DNA from: Mustelus asterias
Lineage: Eukaryota
NCBI RefSeq assembly: GCF_964213995.1
Contig: NW_027590347.1
Location: 372,001 to 433,549 of the forward strand
Length of the DNA: 61,549 nt
Reading direction: 5' to 3'
The translations under genes were made by a program, and so were the position numbers. Shown here one piece after another: positions 12,291-23,947 of the stretch (positions within the stretch are counted from its first letter, which is position 1; each line of letters opens with the position of its first letter). Under the pieces are notes generated by a model, which saw nothing but the letters and a program-made list of their open reading frames with translations, was not told where the DNA came from and did no database searches.

Positions 12291-14036
12291 TGTCACTGTC
12301 CGCTCTGTAAAAGTGTAGTTTGATATTTGAAGACACCCGTTCTAAATCCTGCTCTCAACTCACTTCCTGGTGTCACACGTGGTGCTGTGACACTGGTAAA
12401 TTTTGAGCAAGCTATCAATAAACCCCAAGCTGGATTACAATCAGTACACGCTTATCCACGAAACATTTTAGTCAGCCTTCATCGTGTTCTCTTTCAGCTC
12501 CCTATTCCCTTCCATACGGAAGACAAAATTGTAAATTTTACACCAAGTGTGGGATGATTGGAAAGAGAAATGAAACAAAGAGAGGCTGCAGATATTATTT
12601 GGATGGAAAAAAGGTCTAGTCTTAGAAACACCGTCGGATTGTCAAACACAGTGATGACTGCAACATGGAGTAACGTTTAATGAGTCCAGGTGGTCAAATG
12701 CAGTCATAAGCAGTCTTTTGAAATATGAAGAGAAACATGGTTCAATGTAATAATGTCAAAGAGATGATCCAGACCAATAAATAACATAATTCTAGTACGA
12801 CTATATCAAAGAATCAGCTGCACATAATCGAATGCATTGTATTATTGCGCTGAACTATGGTCCTGGATAATATATCAGTTTGCCTGACCCCTCAAATCAT
12901 CCCATTAATCAACAATTTACTAAAAACCAATCATCTTTAAAGACATTGATTATTCCCATTGCGAACAGAACAGCTAACTTCCCTTGATAGTCAATGGCAC
13001 TATGCACAATGTATTTTTTCCCCGCCGTCAATATGTTGAACTGAGCCCCCTAATGCCACGGTTGTAGCAGCACTTCAGAGGTTGAATATTCTGTGGTGAG
13101 TTCTTCACCACATGATCCGTAATGCGGGCTATGGCGTGTGACGCCCATTGGATACACTATAGAAAGTCGCCAGGCCTTCTTCGTATGTACCTGCCATTAC
13201 CATGCTCTGAATCACTCAGATGGGGAGCGGGTGTATGGACGACATCCACTTCCGGATTCTGCATGCAGTGCTGGCCCTTTAGTATCTCGGCGGCCTAATG
13301 TTCTAACACCCGAGCTAACTCTGCCGGTGAACCTGCAGTACATGGGCTGCTGTTGTTGAGGAAGGCTGCTCACCACCACCTTCTCAGTATGAACCTGAAA
13401 GTTGCACTTAGCACCTGCCGTTTTAGCGAATCGATGTGAAACAATGCAGAAACAACGGCTCAGAACCACAAACACCAGCCGTTATCTTTCTTGGGTCTTT
13501 TTACTTGTTCCTTCATCCACTATTAATATTTGCGTTCACAATTTAACATTTTTCGGTTTTGTTCTTATTTTTTCTCCATTTACTTTTTCGTCACCCGAAC
13601 TTTCTCATAGTTTTATTCTCTTTCTGTTTTTGTAATTTGAAACTTTTTTAACAGTTGTCTTGTATCACTTGTTCAGCACATTTTCCTTAAGCAAGAGTGC
13701 TGAGACAGGGAGGGAGGGGTGCATTACTCAACACAAACCCAGCCCGATGCTCTATCACAGTCTGTCTCTCCTCCTCCGCCAACTGAATGATGCTCTGAGT
13801 GATGCGGCCAGCTGCCGCAGGAGGAAATGGAAAATCTATCCGACAACACAATCTCCCGTTAAAACCCAGTTAACACAATCGCTGCGTTATAACAGCAGCC
13901 GAATTGCACTAGGCACGAGCTCGTCTTCTGCTATAATCTTTATGCCAACCCGTTTCTCACCTTACTGCAACAGATTACAGCAGTAAATAAAACTGCTATT
14001 CCAGGGTTATTTTTTGGGAGAGTCATAATAGATCCC

Positions 14037-14458
14037 ATGCCGTCCCGTCATTTCATTATGTTGTGGTTGGTGCTCGGTACGTATGTCCATTTCTTGTATC
14101 TGCTTAGACTAATGTGGTGTTTATATCACAACCCACTGTTCATTTTTATTACAGGGAGGATTCGGGCAAATTCGGTATCACAACCTGAGACAGCACTCGA
14201 CGTGACTGAAGGAGACAGTGTGATCATAGACTGTAATTACACAACAAATCTCTTTAATCCTGATCTGTATTGGTACAGACAGCACAAAAACCACCTTCTG
14301 GGTTTTATTTTGCATCGGGATAACAGTCGAAGATCAGACGCAGTTTTTACCAAGGGAAGATTCGAGGCCGGTCAGACTAACGCAGAAAAGAGGTTTCCTC
14401 TGAGGATCATTCGAGCAGAAATCCAGGACACGGCTGTCTATTTCTGTGGTTTGAAGAT
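14037..14458 (+). CDS. TCR alpha/delta V segment, intact
   Basis: Leader 14037-14076, intron 14077-14154 (GT-AG), V exon 14155-14458 (IDCNY..LYWYRQ..AVYFCGLK); consensus RSS CACAGTG(14459-14465)/23/ACAAAAACC(14489-14497). Confidence 0.93.
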
Positions 14459-14789
14459 CACAGTGGTTTAAAATTCATCTGTCTCTGTACAAAAACCTCA
14501 GTGCTGCCGAACAGCCGTTCTCTCAAAATCCCAGGAACCTGCCCTGCTCCGTAAATGACTGTCCTGCTCAGAATATGTTAGTCCTGCCTCGGAGTTACAG
14601 AGTTTTCGGGTCAAGGATCACTCCTGAGACTTCAGCCTGTAATCCAGGCTGTTGCCGAGTGTCAACACCGAGAGTGTTCTGGACAGCCATCGTTGCCATA
14701 TTTCGCATCAGACATTAATCTTAGGGACACACACGTCTTTTATGTAAAATATCCCACAATACTATTTTGGAAAATCATCGTGGATTTCA

Positions 14790-15560
14790 TACAATCGTAG
14801 AATCATACAGTGCAGGAGAAAACCTTCGGTCCATTGAGTCTGTACTGACACGCGAGAAAAACCTGACCTCCCACTTAGCAGCAATTATCCCATAGCCCTG
14901 AATGTTATGACGTGCCAAGTACTCATCCAGGTCATTTTTAAAGGATGTGAGGCAACTCGCCTCTGCCGCCCTCCCAGACAGCGCATTCCAGACCGTCACC
15001 ATCCTCTAGGTAAAAAAGATTTTCCTCACATTCCTCTCAAACTTCGCCCCCTCACCTTGAATTTATGACCTCTCGTGACTTACCCTTCAAATAAGAGGAA
15101 TAGCTGCTCACTCTACACTCTGACCATGGCCCTCATAATCTTGTACACCTCGGACAGATCGCCCCTCAGTTTTCTCTGTTTCAACGAAAACAACACAAGC
15201 CTACGCAAACTCTCTTCGTAACTTAAATGTTCCATCCCAGACAGCATCCTAGTGAATCTTCTCTGCACCACCTCCAGTGCACTCACATCCTTCCAAGAAT
15301 GTGGCGACCAGAACTGCACACAGCACTACAGCTGTGGATTTACCAACTCTATGCAACTCCCACATGACCTCCCTGCTTTTCTTATTTATGTCTCGATTGA
15401 TAAAGGCAAGTGTCCCATATTGCCTTTTTCACCACCCTTCTAGCACGCCCTTCCGTCTTCAGAGATCTGTGCATAACCACGCCAAGGTCCCTTTGTTCCA
15501 TAGAACTTCCTGTTGTCATGCCGTTCATTGAATATTTCCTTGTCAAGTTTTTCTTTCCAA
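14790..15560 (-). mobile_element. CR1-type LINE 3' fragment, degenerate
   Basis: ORFs QFWSP..VQRRFTRML..LRGDL.EVYKIM and VWNAL. Confidence 0.88.
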
Positions 15561-15642
15561 CTGTCTTGGGCATGTCCTTAGTTCGCAAGCAGTACCACTA
15601 AAAATATCAGGTTGATTTTTGTTGGAGCTGCTTGTGCCTATT

Positions 15643-15870
15643 GTAAGAAGTCTCACAACACCAGGTTAAAGTCCAACAGGTTTATTTGGTAGCAAATACC
15701 ATAAGCTTTCGGAGCACAGCTCCTTCGTCAGATAACCACTCCATCTGACGAAGGAGCTGTGCTCTGAAAGCTTATGGTATTTGCTACCAAATAAACCTGT
15801 TGGACTTTAACCTGGTGTTGTGAGACTTCTTACTGTGCTTACCCCAGTCCAACGCCGGCATCTCCACATC
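15643..15870. mobile_element. Penelope-like inverted-repeat element with hammerhead motifs
   Basis: 91-bp inverted arms 15643-15733 and 15743-15833 (1 mismatch), 9-nt loop, extra 3' extension; flanked by direct repeat TGCCTATT(GT). Confidence 0.75.
15741..15777 (+). ncRNA. Minimal type I hammerhead ribozyme motif
   Basis: ccat-CTGACGA-aggagc tgt gctct-GAA-AGCT-T-atgg: catalytic core, stem II, palindromic stem III, stem I ccat/atgg. A mirror copy lies on the minus strand in the left arm. Confidence 0.65.
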
Positions 15871-17309
15871 CTGCCTATTGTGGCCAGAGAGCCGCCAGCA
15901 ACAATGATTTCAGCAACAGTAGCGGCAGTATTAGCTGCAAGGACAATTGGGACAATGAGAGTCAAACATGCTGCAATTGATGTTCAAGTTATAATCAAAA
16001 ACAGATGCAGGCTATAAAGTTGCTGCAAGCTGTGACCAGAGAGAACACTTGCCGCTAAAATGATTTTGCTTAATTAACTTTCATCAAGCTTACTCCTCCA
16101 AATATGGTTTACATACATTCCCTAAAGCAAAACTTTTGATGACAGAGTTTTCTGTGGGAAAAGCATACAACAAAATGCAGGATGGCAGTTATTTCGCCCA
16201 AAACAATAAATATAAACGACCACGGTAAATTCTGTGCGTGAAATTTGTTTCGCTTGCTCTTTGTAGATGGGAAAATGAATCATAAAGAGAGAGACAGAGG
16301 GAGAGTGTGTGCGTGTCCTTGTGTGTGAGGGAGTTCAAAGTAACCTTCAAATACCTGGACTCCGCAATCTCTTTATTCCTGGATCAGTGTGGCAACCCTG
16401 TCTGACAGAGAATTAAACATTCCCACTGTTTTCTGTGTTAATAAAGTTTCTAACATCACCACAGCGGCGACACTGGAAATGAGCTTCCTTGGGTTAGAAA
16501 GCGCTTTAGGACATCTGAAGTCTGTAAAAGACATCAATCAAAATCTTTACTGCTGTTTTCGTCTGAAATATCTTAATGGAGATTAAACTCATTGTCCTCA
16601 TGTTTCCACGGGCCAGAAAAGTTTATTTTTAATTTCAATTTTTTTATTTCAATCCGTTTCTTTCCCGGATTGGGTTAATGAGTGGCCACCACTTCCTAGG
16701 ATTTCCCGGATTCTGTCTCCAGTCGGTTCAGAGATTCTTTCCGCTCCAGAGGACACAGGCAGTCTGGCAGGAATAAGAATCCGGGAACTTACCGAGGAGA
16801 CAGTGCAGTGCTCAGGGAACGCTGCACCGTCAGAGCGGCCAGCCTCTCGGTGACCTGTTCAATCGGGGGCACCGTGTTCCCTCTCAGCTGGAGGTGACAC
16901 ATCACATGGTCACTGTTTCCAAGAAGAGCAGAGAAATGTCCTGTTTGATATCTGTTCACCAATCACAATGACTGAAACAGACAGAACACTACAATGTTAC
17001 TGAATGAAATGTCACACTGAGTCCAAATTGGCTGCTGTGTTTTCCACAGTGACAGGGAAACACTTTGGGACATCAAACTGTACAAATAGTCAAGTGTTCA
17101 TTCTCTAAGTTGCCCTCATTGTTTTAGTTTGGTAATATATTTATAAATAATACATATATATATATTAGAATTAAAAGTTTGAGATACCAGCACGATTTCA
17201 GGTTCCACATCAGACTCACTCTGATCACAATCTTTGCCTAACGCTCTGTTATGTTGAGCGACGCTCTGACAGTTTTTGTACAGGTTCAGCCCAGCTCTGT
17301 GTCTCTGTG

Positions 17310-18194
17310 GGTCTCAGTGCGCAGTAATAAACCCCGGAGTCTGCCAGCTCTGTTTTAGACACTTTCAGCGGGACGGTACGTGTTGTATCATTGAGTTCTA
17401 CTGAAAAACGGTCCCCTTTGGATCTCCCTGTGTTCCCGGTGTATTTATTTGTCTGCAGCAGATATTCCATGGATCCACTGGGATACTGACGGTACCAGTA
17501 AAGATAAAAGCTGTTGCTTGTAGCTGTGTAATTACAGAGCAACCGAACATCATCTCCTTCAGTGCCGGTGACTGCAGCCGCTGTCTGTGAAACAGAATCT
17601 CCTCGGGAATGTCCTGGAAGAGTCCAAAGAAATATTAAATTAAACATTGTGATTTCACCCCGTTTCCCCCAAAATTTACCCGTGATCGGCAAAAATAATC
17701 TGAGAGAGAAATCAGAGAGTAAAACAGAAACATATTTCTCACAGTTCAGTGGCTGGAATGGGAAGTTTTTGTGGCGATTAAATAAAACTTCCACCATAAA
17801 CATTCTGCTCTTTCTAACGGGATCAGTTCCTCGACTTCAGTCCCTGTAACTGGAAACTGCTCACGGTCTGTTTGAAGTGTGATGTTTGCCAAAGTGGTTC
17901 ACTGGTATCAGAGGAGCTGGAATCTGAGCCCAACTCATTCTCTATCAATCCCTGGGGGAAATGTGCCCAATCCCAACAGTGTTCAGTGTTGAGACCAGAG
18001 AGATCCAAATAACTTTTCCATGTTTAGATCAATCCGTTCCCTCATCACCGACCCCCTCCCCCTCGCATTGAAGGAACTGCCTGACAGAATATAGTGTGTG
18101 GTAATGATGTGTAACACAGACTTGAGCAACTTGTGAAATTACCGGTTAACAGAGCTGCCGCTGTGAGGAATAAATACCGAGTAACAGGAGACAT
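17310..18194 (-). CDS. TCR alpha/delta V segment, intact
   Basis: Leader 18194-18143 (MSPVTRYLFLTAAALLT), V exon 17613-17310 (GDSVSQ..LLCNY..YWYRQ..VYYCALRP); RSS CACAGAG(17303-17309)/23/ACAAAAACT. Confidence 0.93.
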
Positions 18195-18459
18195 GTTTGC
18201 AGAGAGCTCGGGGCGGATCTGACCAGAGCGGGTGGGAGATGTCATTGTTTCAGTCAAGAGTTGAAAGAGGCGGAGTCACATCCGGGTCCCTGTGGATTGG
18301 TTCACTGCTGGAAACGTCATCAGATGACATCCAATCGGCTTCAAGCTCCTTTGTTCTGCAGTTCAACCAATGGTCTCACAGCTCCTTTATCTCCAATTCA
18401 CCCCATAGGCGGAGAGACGGAAGGAACAAAGTGAAGTTGGCCATCCCACGACAGGGGAT

Positions 18460-18682
18460 TATTTTCCTCTTCAACAGTTATTTCATGAACCGACCGGTCC
18501 CCTGAGTGTTGATGGGTCTGTTCTGACATGGAGAATGACAATGTTCATCCCTACAGCAACATGTCAAGCAGTTTGTTATCAATCATGTTTGGGATAGCAG
18601 CTACAGTGCGGGGGAGGATGAATTTTTAGTTGAAACGTGTACTTCACAAGTGATAGAATAATGAAGAGTCTGATATTTCCAT
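18460..18682 (-). pseudogene. Truncated V relic (leader plus start of FR1) of the 25.6k family; paralogous relics at ~27122-27350 (+) and ~48710-48932 (-)
   Basis: Promoter, leader and exon start align by eye with 50114-50500 (e.g. GTCAG|AACAGACCCATCAA...GTTGAAGAGGAAAAT vs GTTAG|AATGGAGCCACCAA...GTTAAAGAGGAAAAT). Confidence 0.55.
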
Positions 18683-19664
18683 ACGATCTTCCCTCAATTT
18701 GTAACTTTGCCGCGTGTGAAATCCTCTTTCAGAGAGAAAGTATAGCTTGCCACCCCATTGGACTGCTGATCCAATCGGTGCCAAACAGGGAAAAGCAGCA
18801 AAGGTCAATATCTACAATAAAATCTCTAATAAAACAACACAGATGAGGCAGGTCAGAGTGAGAACAACACAGGAAAGCTGTGGGTGTGGCTGCCATAGGC
18901 AGTGTGGTGAGAGGTAGAATTTATCTGCAAGGAATTGAACTCAATAACACTATCGCATTGGAAATCATATAAATTTGCCTGTCTGTAGGAGCGGCAGCTG
19001 AATGTTCATTCCATAGCGCGGACCAGCAGTCTCGCACCAGGAAGGTCAGGGTTAGTAAATGATCCAATACAAAGCGGAATCTTCATCAGTGATGGAGATG
19101 GACAGTGGGACCGAATAGCTGAGTAGCTGGATTGGAGAGGTTCTCAGTGTGCTTGTGAGGAAAATCACTACATTGTTAGGGCCAGGGGTGGGAATGAAGT
19201 AGCTGGTCTGATTATTGTAACAGAGGAACACTGAGTTGCGAATTGTGTCAGAAAACATTTGACAGACATTCAAAATGAGAATGAACATTGATGGCAACTT
19301 GTTCTCAGTGATTGTTTTAAATAGCACAATGACAACCTTGCGAAATGTATATGCCAATATAAGCTGTCCCTTAGGCAGCAAAATACTCTCATCATATAGA
19401 CCCTTTGGTCAAAGAGACCTTGAAAAGGAGAGTGAAGATGGGGAAAGTGCTGCACAATAATTCACACAGGCAAGAAAATGTCATCAAAGGTTGAAGCGTG
19501 AGTTAAGGAACTGTAAATGTATTTTTAGTATAGTTGCAAGTTAAAAATTCAACTGTGGCTCAGCCGTTCGTGTTGAGTGTTGTGTTTTGTTTTGATATTT
19601 TGTTTATGACCCTGTGACTATCACTGTCGAGACAAAATAATTATTTCTGTTTATCAGTGTGGGA

Positions 19665-19678
19665 GCGCCCTCTGCTGA
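19665..19678 (-). promoter_or_regulatory. RSS-proximal CTCF-like motif (paralogues at 6644-6657, 26199-26212, 34389-34402, 40048-40061, 49732-49745, 57755-57768)
   Basis: TCAGCAGAGGGCGC, one mismatch to CCASYAGRKGGCRS; 25 bp behind the nonamer. Confidence 0.6.
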
Positions 19679-19741
19679 TCACTAACCGGAACTCCCAGTC
19701 TGGGGTTTTTGTGCGGGGTTCGCTACATCTGTACCAGTGTG

Positions 19742-20284
19742 GGCTTCATGGCACAGAAATACACGGCGTTGTCGGACAGAACAGCTCTGGCGATATTTAA
19801 AGGAACAGTATTGTTTCCTTTGTGTAAAGCAGCCGAGAATCTATCTGAGAAATCCGGAGACTTATCGGTATTGCCCGAGCTATATATCTTCATCAAATAT
19901 CTCAGAGATTGCCCGGGATACTGGATGTACCAGAACATAGTTTCAGAAGTAGCTGTTGAGTATTTACAGTCCAGTGTCATGTTCTGTCCTTCCAGAACCG
20001 ATAATTCAGATCGATCTTGAAACACTGAATCTTCAGCCTTTGCCCCTGTAACAAAACACAGAAGTTATTCAATATCTGGGAGGGAAGAGAGCCCATGGGA
20101 CAGACACTGATCATTTAAACATTGACTCAAAAAAAGAAAATGCTCGAAATTTTCAGTAGATCTGACAACATCTGTGAGAGGCGAACAGAGATAATGTTTC
20201 AAGTCAGGATGACACTTTGTCAGAGTTTATTGACTCACCGGGCAGCAAGACCATTATTATCAGCAAACAAAGTAAGGAGCACAT
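19742..20284 (-). CDS. TCR alpha/delta V segment, intact
   Basis: Leader 20284-20239 (MCSLLCLLIIMVLLP), V exon 20045-19742 (EDSVFQ..LDCKY..FWYIQ..VYFCAMKP); RSS CACACTG(19735-19741)/22/ACAAAAACC(19704-19712). Confidence 0.92.
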
Positions 20285-21394
20285 GGTGTCTGGTTTCGGG
20301 TTCGGCAGAAATGAAGCAGTATTTGAAATGTGTTGACATTTCTGTTCTGATATTCAAGCGGAAATTCACATCAGCGGAAACGTAATTTACTCAGAAATTA
20401 TGGGGCGTTTCCCAGCGACAGGATTGGCCGCTTTCTCAGGATTGATGATCGTCGGGCATCAATCAGCGTTCGCTCGACTAATAAGTTCTGAGTTTCTCTT
20501 TCTCCCTGTCTTTCTCAGATTCCCCTGCTCTCTCTTCGTTTGGAGCCTGTCTATCTCGCTCTGTCATTCCGCCTCTGTTTGTCTAACCCCCATTGCTCTG
20601 CTTCTGACCGTCTCTGTCTTCGCACTGGCTCTACGCTCTTATCTTTCTCCCCTTCTCCCTAGAGTTCAGAGTTCAGACAATCCGATTTCCCTCACTCTCC
20701 TATTTCAATGAATCCACTAAGTTACTCATTCTTTTGGTGCAACAAATGTAGAAAACGTTAATAACCAGAAGTTGCGAGGTAAATTATGATGGAAATATTT
20801 AAATGTAAATAACTAAAGAATATAGGAAATGAATGTGAATCCAGGGTCATATTTACATCTTGTGTTGTCATTTTAGGAAAGGCATCTTATCGGAATCTTG
20901 AGGGCTTCATATTGTTTAGAATGAGTTTTATAACCACTATTAATTGAATAAAGCGAATCGCCAGCAATTAAAATAACGATGTTATTATCTCTCATGTATA
21001 CGTTCAACTGTGTTCAATTGCATTGGAATAGTAAAAGGATGAACAAGAATAATGCAACATAATCACCAGTAGTAACGACCTTCTGTAATTTGAGAATTCG
21101 ATGATTTTGCAGGAAATGACCAGTTACCTCAGATTGCCGCCAGATGGCGGTGCCTCACCATGTTTGTGTGTTTACTGCAGCGGGTCCGGGAAGCTTTACT
21201 CGGCGGTTCTGCTGCTGGTCTGGTTTCCTCGGGCGTCCAGAAGCTCTCGGAAATAATCCTGTCGGTATCATGTACTATGTTATATTATGTTGTGTTAAGG
21301 AATGAAGGTAAAGGAATGGAAAGACAGTGGGTGAACTCGAGGCCGAGGCCGTGATAGAAGTCAAGGCACAGATTAGGAGGGACAGATGGAGAAA

Positions 21395-21576
21395 TCATAG
21401 AAACCCTACAGTGCAGAGAAAGGCCATTCGGCCCATCGAGTCTGCACCGACCACAATCCCACCCAGGCTCTACCCCCATATCCCTACACATTTACCCGCT
21501 AATCCCTCTAACCTACACATCTCAGGACACTAAGGGCATTTTTTAGCACGGCCAATCAACCGAACCCGCACATCTT
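21395..21576 (-). mobile_element. SINE 3' half with CR1-type tail (HE1-like)
   Basis: Matches the 3' part of 23612-23947. Confidence 0.82.
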
Positions 21577-22204
21577 TGTTCTCTCTTTATGCTTTCGTCT
21601 GTACTGTCTCCATAAATCTGCAACTGCTCCCTTCACAGTTCCTTCACCGAACCTTCATCTATTTCCCTTCCTGTCTCCGTCTCTCCCTCATTTATCTTAC
21701 TGTCTGTCCCTCTATTTATCTCCTTGCCTCTCGCACATTTCTCTCATTCCCTTTCCTCGTGTTTATATCCCTGTAACTCCATCTGTTCCTCCTAATCTGT
21801 GCCTTGACTTCTATCACGGTCTCGAATTCACCCACTGTCTTTCCATTCGTCTAGTTGGACCAATGAGCGGCACAGGCTTGGAGGGCCGAAGGGCCTGTTT
21901 CCTGTGCTGTACTGTTCTCTGTTCTTTGTTCTTTGTTTATCTTCATCCCTCAGCTTGAAGCTTTCTGTGTTGCTGCATTTATTCCCCTCACGGGATCAAC
22001 ATCTAAATCCACTGTTGTACAAATCGCGTATTGTTTTATTTACAATCGCAACCCTCTGAAATCTACCGCGGAGGACGAAGAGTTCAGCGTCACCAGGTCA
22101 CGCACAATGAGATTAGTGTTCTTGAGAAACCGTCACAAAAAATAAATAACATTCAATCTGAGCGTGTGAGGCCGATCAAATAAAACCGCAGACAGCTGAG
22201 GACT

Positions 22205-22443
22205 TTGGATCTGCATTCGATGGAGTTTAGAGAGATGAAGGGGGAATCTCATTGAAAAATACTTGGTTTGTTCTCACTGGATCGACGGAGGTTTGAGGGG
22301 AGACCTGATAGAAGTCTACAAGATTATGAGGGGCATGGACAGAGTGGATAGTCAGAAGCTTTTTCCCAGGGTGGAAGAGCCAATTACTAGGGGGCACAGG
22401 TTTAAGGTGTGAGGGGCGAGGTTTAAAGGAGATGTACGAGGCA
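22205..22443 (+). mobile_element. CR1-type LINE fragment ending ~30 bp from an RSS
   Basis: Encodes RRRLRGDLIEVYKIMRGMDRVDSQKLFPRV..TRGHRFKV. Confidence 0.85.
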
Positions 22444-22513
22444 GGATTGCTGCAGCAACTGAAAACAGGCGTGAGGTTTTTGTACAGTGACGAGCGTCTT
22501 TCCTCTCAGTGTG

Positions 22514-22932
22514 GGCTCTATCGCACAGTAATACAGAGCGGCATCCGCGCTCTCCGTGTTTCCAATAACCAACTGGCCCCGTTTGCCCGCAGTGGAAAGT
22601 TCCAATTCGAACCGGTCTTTTCTCTCTTTGCCATTCGATAATCTTCTTATTATCCACTCCAGTCTCTGACCGGGTTTTTGTCTGTACCAATACATTCCAT
22701 CAATGCTGGACATCTCATAACTGCAGTTTATCAGCACCGAATCCCCGCTCTGGACTGTTCTCGCTGTGGGAGTTTGTGAAACTTGGTCCGAGCGACACCG
22801 ATCTATGAAAAAACATTCAGACAATGAGGCACTGGAGCAAAACGTTTTTAAATAAACAGTCTCTACAAGTGACCGAGTAAATTTCCTGCACTTACAAGTT
22901 AGTAGAATCAGAATGAAAACGAACAGATCCAT
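22514..22932 (-). CDS. TCR alpha/delta V segment, intact
   Basis: Leader 22932-22896, intron 22895-22803, V exon 22802-22514 (DQVSQ..INCSY..YWYRQKPGQ..LYYCAIEP); RSS CACACTG(22507-22513)/23/ACAAAAACC. Confidence 0.93.
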
Positions 22933-23611
22933 TAATACAACAAAAATGTCAGAAGGGAACCGGAGCAGAACTCGCAGCAGAAAAGCACGGAGTGAATCAA
23001 CAGCTTCAATCCGCCACTAATGGAGCACCAGATAAAGTTTCAGTTTTTTGCAGTCTGATTGGCTGGAATCAGACTCTGTTCTTCGGATGTCAGGATGTGG
23101 TTTGTTGATCCGCCGCCGCTTCTCTTTCGGGTCACTTATGAACAAGTCAGTTGTCAATAACCCAGCGCGCTTCTTTCCTGCAGCTACTTTCATTGATAAA
23201 AGTGTTTAAAGTTTAACTGTTCATCAATGAAGGCATTGATTTCAAATTGAAATGATCAGTCATGCGAATTCTACTGAAGCTGCAATTCAAATATTCGTTT
23301 CAAATGTAACCAGGTCCTCCCGCCTCTCGGCTCTGGCTCCGTTTTCTCCAGGATTTCAACTGAAGCATCAACGATTTAGTTTGATGTCCCTCCCTCTTCA
23401 GGTGAAATCTTAATTATATTATAATCATTCGTACCATGACAAGAGGAATATCCTGTTATCATCCCCAAACGTCCCATTTTATAATTTATACGCACGTGCT
23501 TCGCCAAACGGTGGCAACATTAAAATAGGGACAAGTGTCCAGATTTTTTTCACCTGCAAGAATCAAGATTGCTTTCAACAATTGCCGATTCTACATTCTA
23601 CAAGAGTTCAT

Positions 23612-23947
23612 AGATCATAGAATCCCTACAGTACAGAACGAGGCCATTCGGCCCATCGAGTCTGCACCGACCACAATCCCACCCAGGCCCTACCCCCATA
23701 TCCCTACATATTTTGCCCGCTAATCCACGCATCCCGGGACACTAAGGGGCAATTTTAACCTGGCCAATCAACCTATCCCGCACATCTTTGGACTGTGGGA
23801 GGAAACCGGAGCACCCGGAGGAAACCCACGCAGACACGAGGAGAATGTGCAAACTCCACACAGACAGTGACCCGAGCCGGGAATCGAACCCAGGTCCCTG
23901 GAGCTGTAAAGCAGCAGTGCTAACCACTGTGCTACCGTGCCGCCCCA
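23612..23947 (-). mobile_element. Full-length tRNA-derived SINE with CR1-type tail (HE1-like shark SINE)
   Basis: A box TAGCACAGTGG, B box GGTTCGATTCC, TTCTATGA-type tail. Further copies at ~24443-24617, 26408-26706, 32260-32587, 34597-34875 (-) and 53310-53670 (+). Confidence 0.9.

Larger units (their letters stand above)
16289..19094. repeat. Segmental duplication unit (inverted copy at 26711-29509; same-orientation diverged copy at ~46640-49390)
   Basis: Near-identical reverse-complement sequence, including V gene, intron and flanks. Confidence 0.9.

Noticed and set aside
16650-16850. Possible V relic in the duplicated flank (GACAGTGCAGTG, DSAV-like), also at ~29.0k and ~47.0k
   Set aside because: Conservation is explained by segmental duplication; no consistent frame.
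23880-23947. tRNA-like sequence
   Set aside because: It is the tRNA-derived head of a SINE, not a tRNA gene.
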